Source of the DNA: an uncultured Actinomycetes bacterium
GTDB lineage: Bacteria > Actinomycetota > Thermoleophilia > UBA2241
Direction: 5' to 3'
Assembly (NCBI GenBank): GCA_963767005.1
Contig: CAVYCN010000003.1
Location: 393,576 to 457,575 of the forward strand
Length of the DNA: 64,000 nucleotides
This document shows, in pieces, positions 12,049-21,881 of the stretch. The position numbers and the translations under genes were made by a program. The first letter of the stretch is position 1, and each line of letters opens with the position of its first letter. The notes under the pieces are model-generated. The model was not told the origin of the DNA. It saw only the letters and a program-made list of their open reading frames with translations, and did no database searches.

Positions 12049-12191
12049 CGCCGGCCCGACGCGCGCGACTCGCGGTGCGGGCCCGGCCGGAGGGTTCTGG
12101 TCGGCGGGTCCTCGCTGGGGGTAAGCTTCGCCGCAGGTCCGCCCGCACACCCTGACACCCGCACAGCCTGAACGGCCCGAAGGGAGAGGCA

Positions 12192-12641
12192 GTGGAAAAG
12201 ACGAGTACCGAGGTCGAGACGCTGCTGGTCGGCATCGAGTTCGAGCCGGTGCTCGTCGGCATCGTCATGGGCAGCGAGTCGGACCGCGAGGTGATGGAGG
12301 CGGCCGGGCGCGAGCTCGACGACCGGCGCATCCGCCACGAGATCAACGTCATGTCCGCGCATCGCGACCCCGAGAAGGTGGCGCACTACGCCCGCACCGC
12401 CCAGGCCCGCGGCCTCAAGGTGCTGATCGCCGGCGCCGGCAAGGCGGCCGCGCTGCCCGGGGTGATCGCCTCGTACACCAACCTGCCGGTGATCGGCGTG
12501 CCCATCAAGACGAGCGACCTCGGCGGCCTCGATTCGCTGCTCTCGATCGTGCAGATGCCGCCCGGCGTGCCGGTCGCCTGCGTGGCGATCAACGGCGCCC
12601 GCAATGCCGCGATCCTGGCCGCCCGCATCCTCGACGTCTGA
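12192..12641 (+). CDS. purE: N5-CAIR mutase
   Basis: [25 protein letters not shown] and [12 protein letters not shown]. Confidence 0.97.
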   Translation: MEKTSTEVETLLVGIEFEPVLVGIVMGSESDREVMEAAGRELDDRRIRHEINVMSAHRDPEKVAHYARTAQARGLKVLIAGAGKAAALPGVIASYTNLPVIGVPIKTSDLGGLDSLLSIVQMPPGVPVACVAINGARNAAILAARILDV

Positions 12642-12656
12642 AGGGCAGGTCGCCGC

Positions 12657-12803
12657 GTGACACCCGACGACAGGGAGCCCGGCCGCCGCAGGCCGTCCAT
12701 GCCGCCCGACCAGGGCCGCCAGGTCCTGGTCCTGGCGATCAGCGGCCTCAGCATCGTGGTCGCGCTCGCGTTGATCGCGCTGCTGCTGCACTTCGCCGGC
12801 TGA
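12657..12803 (+). CDS. Small single-pass membrane protein, 48 aa (not in ORF track)
   Basis: MTPDDREPGRRRPSMPPDQGRQVLVLAISGLSIVVALALIALLLHFAG; it fills the purE-ridA gap and has GC3-rich codons. Confidence 0.55.
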   Translation: MTPDDREPGRRRPSMPPDQGRQVLVLAISGLSIVVALALIALLLHFAG

Positions 12804-12839
12804 CGCCGGGCGACCCCCCCCGAGTCAAGGAGCCCCGAG

Positions 12840-13220
12840 ATGATCAAGCAGACCGTGTCGTCGCCGGCCGCGGCCCCGGCGATCGGCCCCTACTCGCCGG
12901 CCGTGCAGACCGAGACGCTCGTGTTCTTCTCGGGCCAGGTGCCGTTCGACGCGACCGGCGCGGTCGTCGGCGAGACGGCCGCCGAGCAGGCCCGCCAGGC
13001 GCTCACCAACCTGGGGCACCTCCTCGAGGCCGCCGCCATGACGAGCCACGCGATCGTCAAGACGACCATCTTCCTCACCGACATGAACGACTTCGCCGCC
13101 GTCAACGACGTCTATGCCGAGTTCTTCGAGAAGCCGTATCCGGCGCGCTCGACCGTGGCCGTCGCCGCCCTGCCCAAGGGCGTGCGCGTCGAGATCGAAG
13201 CGGTGGCGATGCGGGAGTGA
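12840..13220 (+). CDS. ridA: RidA/YjgF family enamine/imine deaminase
   Basis: AIGPYSPA, SGQ, MNDFAAVNDVY and PARSTVAVAALPKGVRVEIE. Confidence 0.92.
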   Translation: MIKQTVSSPAAAPAIGPYSPAVQTETLVFFSGQVPFDATGAVVGETAAEQARQALTNLGHLLEAAAMTSHAIVKTTIFLTDMNDFAAVNDVYAEFFEKPYPARSTVAVAALPKGVRVEIEAVAMRE

Positions 13221-13227
13221 CCGCGTC

Positions 13228-13743
13228 GTGAGCGAACGCCGTCCGGCTCGCACGATCTACCGCTCGGCGGCGGGCGCGGCCGCCGGCGCGCCCGCCGCCG
13301 GCGCTCCCGCCGCCAAGCGCAGCCGCGGTCGGCTGCGCGACGCCTGGTGGCTCGCCCCCGCCCTCGCGCTGCTCGCCCTAGCGGCGGTCTTCGTCACGAT
13401 CGCGTTCTTCCTGCTGGGCGGCGTCGGGCTGCTCGAGTACGTCGGCATCACGACGTCGGGCCGCACGTACGTCGGCACCTGGGGGTCGTCCGACCCGACT
13501 CTGAGCACCGCCGCGGTGCAGATCGCCAGGAGCGGCGACGCGTACACGATCAGCGGCCTTCGCGAGACCGGCGCCCAGACGGTCAGCGGCCGCGTGAGCG
13601 ACGACGCGCTGGTGGCCACCGGCACGAGCGGCGACGTGTCGTGGCGGCTGTCCCTCTCGTTCGCCAATCGCGATCAGCTGCACGCCGACCTCACCTGGAG
13701 CGATGGGCGCACGCCCCTCGCGGCGCTGCTGACCCGGCGCTGA
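13228..13743 (+). CDS. Hypothetical membrane-anchored protein
   Basis: GTG 13228; a TM segment followed by a beta-rich domain. Confidence 0.6.
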   Translation: MSERRPARTIYRSAAGAAAGAPAAGAPAAKRSRGRLRDAWWLAPALALLALAAVFVTIAFFLLGGVGLLEYVGITTSGRTYVGTWGSSDPTLSTAAVQIARSGDAYTISGLRETGAQTVSGRVSDDALVATGTSGDVSWRLSLSFANRDQLHADLTWSDGRTPLAALLTRR

Positions 13744-13812
13744 CCTCGCCGGGGGCTGCCCGTTTCTGAGAGAATCTGACCGTCTTCGACGGCCGCGACG
13801 GAGGGGCTCCCC

Positions 13813-15114
13813 ATGATCGACCGCTACACCCTGCCCGAGATGGGCGCCATCTGGACGGAGCAGGCCAAGCTCCAGACCTGGCTCGAGGTCGAGCTGGCCG
13901 CCGTACGCGCCTGGAACCGCCTGGGCAAGGTGCCCGACGAGGCCGTGGCCGAGATCGAGGCCAAGGCCGCCTTCGACGCGGCCCGGGTGGCCGAGATCGA
14001 GCAGACCACCAACCACGACGTCATCGCCTTCCTGACCAACGTGGCCGAGTACGTCGGCGACGCCTCGAAGTACATCCACTACGGCATGACGAGCTCCGAC
14101 ATGCTCGACACCGGCCTCGCCCTGCAGATCAAGCGCGCCGGCGAGCTCCTGCAGCGCGACCTCGTCGCCCTCGGCGAGGTGCTCAAGCGACGCGCTTTCG
14201 AGTTTCGCGACACGGTGCAGGTGGGCCGCACGCACGGCGTCCACGCCGAGCCCATCACCTTCGGCATGAAGCTCGGCATGTGGGCCTTCGAGGTGGCGCG
14301 CCACCTCGACCGCCTGCGGCGCGTCACCGACGGCGCCGCCGTGGGCAAGCTGAGCGGCGCCGTCGGCGCCTACAACAACATCGACCCGCGCGTCGAGGAG
14401 CTCGTCTGCGCCGAGCTCGGCCTCGGCTTCGAGCCGATCGCCAACCAGGTGGTGCAGCGCGACCGTCACGCCGCCTTCCTCGCGGCCCTGGCCATCGTCG
14501 GCTCATCGATCGAGAAGTTCACGGTCGAGGTGCGGCACCTGCAGCGCACCGAGGTGCGCGAGGCCGAGGAGGCGTTCGGCAAGGGCCAGAAGGGCTCGTC
14601 GGCCATGCCCCACAAACGCAACCCGATCCTCTCCGAGCGCATGGCCGGCTGCGCCCGCGTGTTGCGGGGCAACGCCGTCGTGGGCATGGAGGACGTAGCG
14701 CTGTGGCACGAACGTGATATCTCGCACAGCTCGGCGGAGCGGATCGTCTTTCCCGACTCGTGCATCCTGCTCGACTACATGCTGCGCAAGACGACGAAGC
14801 TGCTCGACACCCTGGTGGTCGACGAGGCCCGCATGCTGGCCAACCTCTCGGCCTCGCAGCGCCTCGTGTTCAGCGGGGCGGTGCTGCTCGCGCTCGTCGA
14901 CCGCGGCATGCTGCGCGACGACGCCTACCGGGTCGTGCAGGACGCGGCCATGCGCGCCTGGCGCGAGGACGTCGACTTCGGCGACCTGATCAAGACCTCG
15001 CCCGAAGCCGCGGCCGTGCTGTCGCCGGCCGAGGTCGACGCGGCGATGGACCCCGACCAGTACCGGGCCGGGCGCGACGTGATCTTCGCCCGGCTCGAGG
15101 CCCTTTCGTTCTGA
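13813..15114 (+). CDS. purB: Adenylosuccinate lyase
   Basis: MIDRYT, HDVIAF, GRTHGVHAEP and GSSAMPHKRNP. Confidence 0.98.
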   Translation: MIDRYTLPEMGAIWTEQAKLQTWLEVELAAVRAWNRLGKVPDEAVAEIEAKAAFDAARVAEIEQTTNHDVIAFLTNVAEYVGDASKYIHYGMTSSDMLDTGLALQIKRAGELLQRDLVALGEVLKRRAFEFRDTVQVGRTHGVHAEPITFGMKLGMWAFEVARHLDRLRRVTDGAAVGKLSGAVGAYNNIDPRVEELVCAELGLGFEPIANQVVQRDRHAAFLAALAIVGSSIEKFTVEVRHLQRTEVREAEEAFGKGQKGSSAMPHKRNPILSERMAGCARVLRGNAVVGMEDVALWHERDISHSSAERIVFPDSCILLDYMLRKTTKLLDTLVVDEARMLANLSASQRLVFSGAVLLALVDRGMLRDDAYRVVQDAAMRAWREDVDFGDLIKTSPEAAAVLSPAEVDAAMDPDQYRAGRDVIFARLEALSF

Positions 15115-16079
15115 TGCGGGCGGTCCGCGTCCACGCCTTCGGCGGGCCCGAGGAGCTGCGGCTCGACGAGGTCCCCGACCCCCGCCCGCCGGCGCCGGGC
15201 GAGGTGCTGGTGCGGCTGCGAGCCGCCGGCGTGAACCCGGTCGAGACCTACGTGCGTGCCGGCCAGTACGCGCGCCTACCCGATCTGCCCTACACACCGG
15301 GCACCGACGGCGCCGGCCTGGTCGAGGCCGTCGGCGACCCGGCGAGCACGCTGCGGCCGGGCGACCGCGTCTACACGTCGGGCTCGGTCAGCGGCACGTA
15401 CGCCGAGGCGGCGCTGTGCCCCGCCGGCCACGTGCACCCGCTGCCGGACGGGGCCGGCTTCTCCGCGGGCGCCGCGCTCGGCGTGCCGTACGCGACGGCG
15501 TACCGGGCGCTGTTCCAGCGCGGCGACTTGCGCGCGGGCGAGCTTGTGCTGGTGCAGGGCGCGAGCGGCGGCGTCGGCCTGGCCGCCGTGCAGCTCGCCG
15601 CCGCCGCCGGCCACGACGTGCACGGGACGGCCGGCTCGGAGGCGGGCCTGCGACTCGTCGCCGCGCAGGGCGCGCGGCTCGTCGTCGACCATCGCGCGGC
15701 GGGCCACGTCGACGAGCTGCGCGCGGCGACGGGCGGCCGCGGCTACGACCTGATCGTCGAGATGGCCGCCCACGCCGCGCTGCCCGCCGACCTCGGGCTG
15801 CTCGCCGCACACGGCCGCGTGATCGTCGTCGGCAGCCGTGGACCGGTCGAGATCGCGCCTCGTGACCTCATGAGCCGCGACGCCGACCTGCGCGGCCTGC
15901 TGCTCTGGAACGTCGCCCCCGACGAGCTCGCCGAGATCCACGCGGCGCTATACGAGGGGCTGGCCGCGGGTCGTCTGCGGCCGGTCGTAGCCCGCGAGCT
16001 GCCCCTCGCCGAGGCGCCCGAAGCCCACCGGGCGATCATCGCGGGCCCGGCGGCCGGCAAGATCGTGCTGCTGCCCTGA
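15114..16079 (+). CDS. NADPH:quinone oxidoreductase (zeta-crystallin/MDR family)
   Basis: AAGVNPVE, PYTPGTDGAG, GASGGVG and GKIVL; TGATG coupling to purB. Confidence 0.92.
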   Translation: MRAVRVHAFGGPEELRLDEVPDPRPPAPGEVLVRLRAAGVNPVETYVRAGQYARLPDLPYTPGTDGAGLVEAVGDPASTLRPGDRVYTSGSVSGTYAEAALCPAGHVHPLPDGAGFSAGAALGVPYATAYRALFQRGDLRAGELVLVQGASGGVGLAAVQLAAAAGHDVHGTAGSEAGLRLVAAQGARLVVDHRAAGHVDELRAATGGRGYDLIVEMAAHAALPADLGLLAAHGRVIVVGSRGPVEIAPRDLMSRDADLRGLLLWNVAPDELAEIHAALYEGLAAGRLRPVVARELPLAEAPEAHRAIIAGPAAGKIVLLP

Positions 16080-16149
16080 ACGGCAGCGCCTGTGAGCGGC
16101 GCCGAGCCTTGGTCGCCGCTTCAGGCTTGCGCGACGACGTCGTGCGCGC

Positions 16150-16317
16150 TTACTCCTCGTCGAGCGGCTCGAACATGTCGACGCCCGCGCCACAGTCGGG
16201 GCAGATCCAGTCGTCGGGCAGGTCCTCGAACGCCGTGCCCGGCGCAACGCCGTTGTCGGGATCGCCGACCGCGGGATCGTAGACCCAATCGCATAGCGTG
16301 CAGACGTACTTCTGCAT
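16150..16317 (-). CDS. Rubredoxin, 55 aa (not in ORF track)
   Basis: [55 protein letters not shown]; AAGGAG RBS. Confidence 0.95.
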   Translation of the reverse strand: MQKYVCTLCDWVYDPAVGDPDNGVAPGTAFEDLPDDWICPDCGAGVDMFEPLDEE

Positions 16318-16513
16318 GGGGTTGACTCCTTCGCAGCGGTTCGCGGCGACCCGCGACGCGCCGGTCGATGGCCGGCGACGGGCGCGGATCGTCTCGCCTC
16401 TCGAGAGCTAGTACAGCGGGTGGAGATGCGGCCCGTCAAGGCCGGCCGCGCGCCGGCGCCGCGGCCGATCGCGACGGTGTGCCGCGCTGATCGTCCGGGC
16501 GGGCGGCGACGCG

Positions 16514-16560
16514 AGGCGGGCGGGGCGGGCGGGGCGGCCGGCCGGCCGCCCCGCCCGCCT
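16514..16560 (-). terminator. GC hairpin after the permease
   Basis: Inverted repeat GCGGGCGGGGCGGCC / GGCCGCCCCGCCCGC. Confidence 0.5.
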
Positions 16561-16577
16561 GTCTCGCCGGCCGTACG

Positions 16578-18227
16578 CTAGCTGCTGAACCCGCCGGGCC
16601 CGTCCGGGCCCTGCGGACCGCTCATCTCGGAGACGCCGGACGCGGCGCCGGCGTCACCCGCCGCGGCGAACTCCGCCCCGGCAACAGCCGGGGCCAGCTC
16701 GATCTCGTGGATGCTCGCCGAGAGGTCGATGCCGCGGGCCCGCTGGATCGAATACACGACGACGCCCGCGACCACGACGACGCCGAGCGACAGCATCACG
16801 ATGTAGGTGTCGAGCCAGGTCGTGGATTGCCGCGGCCAGCCGAGGTTGACGATCATGAAGACGCCGTACACGAAGGCGATGATGTTGACCGGCCAGCCCC
16901 ACCTGCCCAGGTTGAAGTAGGCCTTGTCCTTGGGCCAGCCCTTGGAGCGCTTCACGAGGCCGCCGAAGACCACCATCTGGTAGGCGATGTAAGTGCCGGC
17001 CGTCGCCCAGGCGGTGACGCGGGCGATCTGGACGAACGGGTCGCCGCCGCCGATGGTGACGTAGAGCAGCACCGCGATGGCGGCCACGCCGACAAAGAGC
17101 GCCGACGTGAGCGGCGTCCTGGTCCTGGGGTGGACGAACCCGAAGAACTTGTGACCGGGGATCATCTTGTCGCGACCGTAGGCGAACAATAGCCGCGTGG
17201 TGGCAGCCTGGATCGCCAGGCAGCAGACGAAGATGGCGGCGCACACCGACACCAGGAAGGCGTTCGTCACCCAGTTCGGGAAGTGCGCGTGGAAGATGTA
17301 GGCGATGGCGCCCGTGCTCTGCGCCTGCGTCTTGGCGACGTTGGGGATGGCCAGCACCATGGCGACCAGCCAGAAGGCCGAGATGGCCGCCGTAATGCCC
17401 ACGGCGAAGAGCATCGCGCGCGGCACCTCGCGCGTCGGGTTGACCGTCTCTTCGGCCAGACCGCCGGCGGCGTCGAAGCCGTACATCACCCAGGCGCCGG
17501 TCAGCATGGCGGCGAGGAAGACGCTGCCGTACCCGAAGACGGCGCCCTTTGCGGCGCCCGGCGTGGTGTTGAACAGCACGCCGAGGCCCTGATGCGAGCC
17601 GTGGCCGGTGATCACCGCGATGTACAGGGCGGCGCCGATGACCACGAGGCCGATCATCTCGGTGACCGTCCCGATGTTGTTGAAGAAGGCGGTCACCTTG
17701 ACGCTGTAGATGTTGAGCAGCATCGGTCCGACGGTGAAGCAGATGGCGATCCACAGCAGGGTGGTGTGCGTCGTCTGCCAGCCCATCAGCGAGCAGACGA
17801 TCGGCGTCACACCGAAGGCCACGGCGGCGACCGTCACGACCAGCGCCACGGCGAACATCCAGGCCGTCCACCAGCCGTAGGTGCCCCCCATGAAGCGCTT
17901 GGCCCACTGGTAGACGCCGCCGGCCAGCGGGTAGTGCGACGCCGCCTCGGCGAACACCAGGGCGACCATGAACTGGCCGAAGACGATGATCGGCCACTGC
18001 CAGATCAGGCCGGCCGGGCCGCCCACGTCGAGACCGTAGTAGAAGAGCGCATAGAAGCCGTTGGTCGCCGAGATGAAGCTGAAGGCGATCGCGAACGTCG
18101 AGAAGAAGCCCAGCGAGCGCCGCAGCTCCTGCTGGTAGCCGAACTTGGCGAGCAGCTCCTGGTCGCGCCGATGCTGGGCGTCGGCGCTGTCGTGGAACAT
18201 GTGGTGGTGCTCGGTCTCCGGTGACAC
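16578..18227 (-). CDS. APC-superfamily amino acid/amine permease
   Basis: FGYQQELRRSLGFFSTFAIAFSFIS, AEAASHYPLAGGVYQW and GFDAAGGLAEET; many TM helices; GTG 18227. Confidence 0.93.
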   Translation of the reverse strand: MSPETEHHHMFHDSADAQHRRDQELLAKFGYQQELRRSLGFFSTFAIAFSFISATNGFYALFYYGLDVGGPAGLIWQWPIIVFGQFMVALVFAEAASHYPLAGGVYQWAKRFMGGTYGWWTAWMFAVALVVTVAAVAFGVTPIVCSLMGWQTTHTTLLWIAICFTVGPMLLNIYSVKVTAFFNNIGTVTEMIGLVVIGAALYIAVITGHGSHQGLGVLFNTTPGAAKGAVFGYGSVFLAAMLTGAWVMYGFDAAGGLAEETVNPTREVPRAMLFAVGITAAISAFWLVAMVLAIPNVAKTQAQSTGAIAYIFHAHFPNWVTNAFLVSVCAAIFVCCLAIQAATTRLLFAYGRDKMIPGHKFFGFVHPRTRTPLTSALFVGVAAIAVLLYVTIGGGDPFVQIARVTAWATAGTYIAYQMVVFGGLVKRSKGWPKDKAYFNLGRWGWPVNIIAFVYGVFMIVNLGWPRQSTTWLDTYIVMLSLGVVVVAGVVVYSIQRARGIDLSASIHEIELAPAVAGAEFAAAGDAGAASGVSEMSGPQGPDGPGGFSS

Positions 18228-18241
18228 GTGCCCCCCTCCCC

Positions 18242-18589
18242 TTACCGCCAGTGCGGATAGGTCACGTAGAAGAATTTGCCGTACGAGTCGGTGCTGAAGT
18301 AGACCAGCAGGCCCTTCTTCCGCGGGATGTAGACGACGTCGCCCGGCAGGAACGTGCGGGTGTCGCCGTCCTGCGCCAAGGTCAGCTCGCCCTCCACCAT
18401 GAAGCAGACGGCCGCGTCGTCGTCGTAGTCGAAGTCGACCGGCGAGCCTGGAAACACCTCGCAGATGCCGGCGGAAAAGGGAGCGCCTTGGGTTCGATCG
18501 ATCACGTCGACCAGGCTGAGCTTGCTGTCCGGGCCGACCTCGAAGGGCGCTGTCCTGATGTCGTCGGCGGCCACCAGATGGAACTCCAT
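18242..18589 (-). CDS. Cupin, EutQ-like
   Basis: ATG 18589 after GGAGG; FSAG...EGELTL...PGDVVYIP...FFYVTYP resembles the EutQ cupin fold. Confidence 0.75.
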   Translation of the reverse strand: MEFHLVAADDIRTAPFEVGPDSKLSLVDVIDRTQGAPFSAGICEVFPGSPVDFDYDDDAAVCFMVEGELTLAQDGDTRTFLPGDVVYIPRKKGLLVYFSTDSYGKFFYVTYPHWR

Positions 18590-18716
18590 ACCGTGCCTCC
18601 CCCGTGTGTGGCATGGTCGGGTCACGGGCGACCGGGCGGTCGCTCGTTGCGGCTCTCCCGATGGCGCCCCCTTCCCGGCCGGCGGCCTGTCGCTGGGCCA
18701 CAATGGCCCCCCACCA

Positions 18717-18745
18717 TTGACGCACTTCGACGTTACCGACAGAAT
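18717..18745 (+). promoter_or_regulatory. Sigma70-type promoter of the PAS-LuxR gene
   Basis: TTGACG-N17-CAGAAT. Confidence 0.55.
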
Positions 18746-18788
18746 CCGGCTCGGCAAGGCCAGTCTTTTGTGAGGTTAGTGCGAGGGT

Positions 18789-19784
18789 ATGCCTAGCAGA
18801 CGCATCCCATCCACGCTCGCGACGGCGTTCCGCCATGACGGCCGGCAGGTGCTGTTCGTGTCTCCCGAGGGCGCCGGCACGACGCCGCCGCCCCTCACCT
18901 ACAGCGATCCTCGCCTGCGCGCCTTCCTGAGCGTGACCTTCGACATCCTCTACGACTGGAACATGCGCACCGGCGCCATCTACTTCGGCGAGCAGCTCGA
19001 CGCGGCACTCGGGCAGCGGCCCGGGGCCTTCCCGCGCGACATCAGCGGCTGGTTCGACCGGCTGCACCCGGACGACGGCGACCGCGTGGCCGAGGCGATC
19101 GGCGAAAGCATCACGCGCCAAACGCCGTTCCGCTGCGAGTACCGTCTGCGCCATGACGACGGTTCGTACCGACTGATGAGCGACCACGGCGTGATCCTCA
19201 CCGACGAGGCGGGGGACCCGGCCAGCATGATCGGCGTCATGCGCGATGTGACCGACGAGCGCGCGGCCGAGCTTGCGGCCCACGAGGCGCGCCGCGTCAT
19301 GCAGGACGAGCTCGAGCGCACGGCGCGCGCCCTGCGCCGCCAGACGACGATCCTCGACGAGCGCAACGCCGCCCTGCGCGTGCTGCTCGAGCAGCGCGAG
19401 CAGGACCGCCGCGAGCTCGAGCAGCGCGTCGTGCTGAACGTCGAGCGTCTCATCGACCCGTCACTCGACCGGCTCAGCCACGCCCTGCGCCACCGGCCCG
19501 AACGGCTCGAGATCGAGGCCGTGCGGCACAACCTGCGCGAGGTCGTGTCGCCCTTCGCCGCGCGACTCGGCGCCCTGTACGGCAGCGCCACGCCGCTCAC
19601 CCGGCGTGAGACCGAGGTGGCCAACCTCGTGCGCTTCGGCAAGACGAGCGCCGAGATCGCCGAGGCACTCCACATCTCGACCTCGTCGGTGGCCTTTCAC
19701 CGCGCCAACGTGCGTCGCAAGCTCGGCCTGCCCAAGGGCGGGCCGCGCCTCGAGACGCACCTGGCGTCGCTGGCGCGAGACTAG
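18789..19784 (+). CDS. PAS-domain LuxR-family transcriptional regulator
   Basis: PAS_3-like segment (LHPDD, EYRLRHDDGSY, GVMRDVT), a coiled coil, and HTH LTRRETEVANLVRFGKTSAEIA...FHRANVRRKLG. Confidence 0.92.
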   Translation: MPSRRIPSTLATAFRHDGRQVLFVSPEGAGTTPPPLTYSDPRLRAFLSVTFDILYDWNMRTGAIYFGEQLDAALGQRPGAFPRDISGWFDRLHPDDGDRVAEAIGESITRQTPFRCEYRLRHDDGSYRLMSDHGVILTDEAGDPASMIGVMRDVTDERAAELAAHEARRVMQDELERTARALRRQTTILDERNAALRVLLEQREQDRRELEQRVVLNVERLIDPSLDRLSHALRHRPERLEIEAVRHNLREVVSPFAARLGALYGSATPLTRRETEVANLVRFGKTSAEIAEALHISTSSVAFHRANVRRKLGLPKGGPRLETHLASLARD

Positions 19785-19873
19785 ACACACCGTCACCCCC
19801 GACGTGAAAGCGGACAGCGCGTCGGCGGTCCTATCAGGTGCTCGACCCGTCGGCGCCTGACCGAGGAGACGTG

Positions 19874-21160
19874 ATGCGGCGCATCGTGTGGACTTCGCTT
19901 TCCTGCCTGCTCGTCGCGGTCGCGGTGGCCGCCTGCGGCGCAGGCTCTGGAGCTCGCCCGACCGACGAGGCGTCACCATCGTCGGCTGCCTCGGCGCGCC
20001 CTGCAACCGCCTCCGACGGCTCGGCCGCGACCTCACCTGGCCGGGCCACCCGACCATTCGGTCTGCTCCGTCTGCCGGACTCGGCCCAGGTCGCCTTCAC
20101 GCGCGACGGCATCGTCTGGCGACTTCCGCCGCAGGAGGCCTCGCAGGCCGGTCCCGTGCCGCTCACACCGTTCTTTCGCTTCGACGTGTCCACGGGATCG
20201 ATCGGCCCGGATCCCTGGCTCACGGCTCTCCTTGGACACCGCCGCTTCGATCGATGGATCCTCGCGGGCGACGCGGTGGCCTGGGTCGACAGTACACGAC
20301 GCGTGAGCGGAGCGAACGGGGTCGTCATGAGCGCGGCGCAGGTGCAGACGGCCCGCCGACCCTCGACGACGGGCCGCCCCCTCATGCGGACGAGCTGGCG
20401 GCTGGTAGACCAGAGCGGAGGCGACTACGACGCCGGCACCCGCCTCTCGGCCTTCGACGGTCGGCTCTGCGCCTTCTGGAGCCTCGACTCACCACGGACC
20501 GGCTCGTGGACCACGAAGCACTCCGGGCCGTGTCGAGGCCTCTGGCTCGTCGATCTCGAGACGGGCGCGCGGCGGCGGCTGGTGCGGGACGGCCGGTCTG
20601 GAGCCGACGTGCTCGCCATGGCGGGCGCGACGGCCTTCTGGGCGCCGAACCAGGAGTCGGCGAGCAACGGCGGCAGCCGCGTGTTCCACGTGAGCTCGAC
20701 CGTGGCCTCGGAGGCTGCGGGCACGTTCCTGGCGCCCGTGCGCGTCGCCGGACCCGCCGCCGCCGACCAGGGGACGTTTGCCTTCAACGCGCTCCCGCCC
20801 GATTCGACGGACTGGGTCGGCGTCCACGTCTGGGCCTACGCCTATGGCAACGGCAAGTTCTGGCAGCTTAGCGACGCACCCGAGGGACAGATGGTCGAAG
20901 CGGTCGCCGACGACTTCGTCGTCTGGATCGACTATCGCCGCTGGACGCCGGGCCATCCCGTGGTCGAGCTGCGCGGTACCGACATGCGCAGCTCTCGCCG
21001 ACCGTTCACCATCACCTCGTATCGCGGCGACTTCGCGGACGTGGCGATGACCGGCGACGAGGTCTTCTGGACGGTCGAGGGCAGCAAAGCGAAGACCGTC
21101 TGCGGCACTCGACTCGTCAGGGCCGACGACGGTACGCGGGTCCGCGTCGAGCCCCTTTAG
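19874..21160 (+). CDS. Hypothetical lipoprotein, possibly a beta-propeller
   Basis: GAGGAG RBS; lipobox-like VAAC|G, a Ser/Ala linker and Trp-rich beta repeats. Confidence 0.65.
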   Translation: MRRIVWTSLSCLLVAVAVAACGAGSGARPTDEASPSSAASARPATASDGSAATSPGRATRPFGLLRLPDSAQVAFTRDGIVWRLPPQEASQAGPVPLTPFFRFDVSTGSIGPDPWLTALLGHRRFDRWILAGDAVAWVDSTRRVSGANGVVMSAAQVQTARRPSTTGRPLMRTSWRLVDQSGGDYDAGTRLSAFDGRLCAFWSLDSPRTGSWTTKHSGPCRGLWLVDLETGARRRLVRDGRSGADVLAMAGATAFWAPNQESASNGGSRVFHVSSTVASEAAGTFLAPVRVAGPAAADQGTFAFNALPPDSTDWVGVHVWAYAYGNGKFWQLSDAPEGQMVEAVADDFVVWIDYRRWTPGHPVVELRGTDMRSSRRPFTITSYRGDFADVAMTGDEVFWTVEGSKAKTVCGTRLVRADDGTRVRVEPL

Positions 21161-21163
21161 GCG

Positions 21164-21877
21164 CTACTGGTTCTCGAGCAGCTCCTCGGCCGCCACGTCG
21201 CGCACGACGCGCGCCGGCACGCCCATGAGCACCTTGCCGGCCGGCGCGTCGCTCGTGACGACCGCGCCGGCCGCGATGAAGGCCTCGGCGCCGATCTCGA
21301 TGCCGGGGCAGAGCACGACGCCGCCGCCGACACGGGCGCCGCGGCGGATGGTGGCACCCTTGATCAGGTCGTGGCGCTGCTCGGTGCGGCCCATGAAGTT
21401 GTCGTTCGTGGTCTGCACGCAGGGCGCGACGAAGACGTGGTCCTCGATCGTCATGTAGGCCGTGATGTAGGCGTTGGACTGGATCCTGGTGAAGTCGCCG
21501 ATCGTCGTGTCGTTCTCGACGCAGGTGCCGCGCCCGACCACGACGCGCTCGCCGAGCACGCAGCGCTCGCGCACGCTGGCGAGGTCGCCGATCACGCAGC
21601 CGGGACCGGCCGTGACCCCGCGGTAGACGATGGCGCCGGTCGACACGACGCAGCCCGGCCCGAGACGCAAGGGGGCGAGCTCGCCGCGCTTCGCCGTGGA
21701 CGAAGGCGACAGCGAGGGCACCTTGCCCAGCACGGCGCCGTCCTGGATGAAGCAGCCGTCGCCGATCTCGCTGTCGTCGTAGACGACGACGTTGGCGCCG
21801 AACACGACGCCGTCGCCCACCGACACGTCGGCGCCGAGCAGCAGGTTGTGACCGAGGTCGGACGAGTGCAGCGCCAT
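21164..21877 (-). CDS. Hexapeptide-repeat N-acetyltransferase (WbpD-like)
   Basis: Left-handed beta-helix repeats, VFVAPCVQTTND and GVPARVVR. Confidence 0.88.
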   Translation of the reverse strand: MALHSSDLGHNLLLGADVSVGDGVVFGANVVVYDDSEIGDGCFIQDGAVLGKVPSLSPSSTAKRGELAPLRLGPGCVVSTGAIVYRGVTAGPGCVIGDLASVRERCVLGERVVVGRGTCVENDTTIGDFTRIQSNAYITAYMTIEDHVFVAPCVQTTNDNFMGRTEQRHDLIKGATIRRGARVGGGVVLCPGIEIGAEAFIAAGAVVTSDAPAGKVLMGVPARVVRDVAAEELLENQ

Positions 21878-21881
21878 GCCG

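Noticed and set aside
8563-12150. 1195-aa minus-strand ORF and similar long antisense or alternative-frame ORFs throughout
   Set aside because: Shadow ORFs caused by high GC; they overlap well-supported genes and have no motifs.
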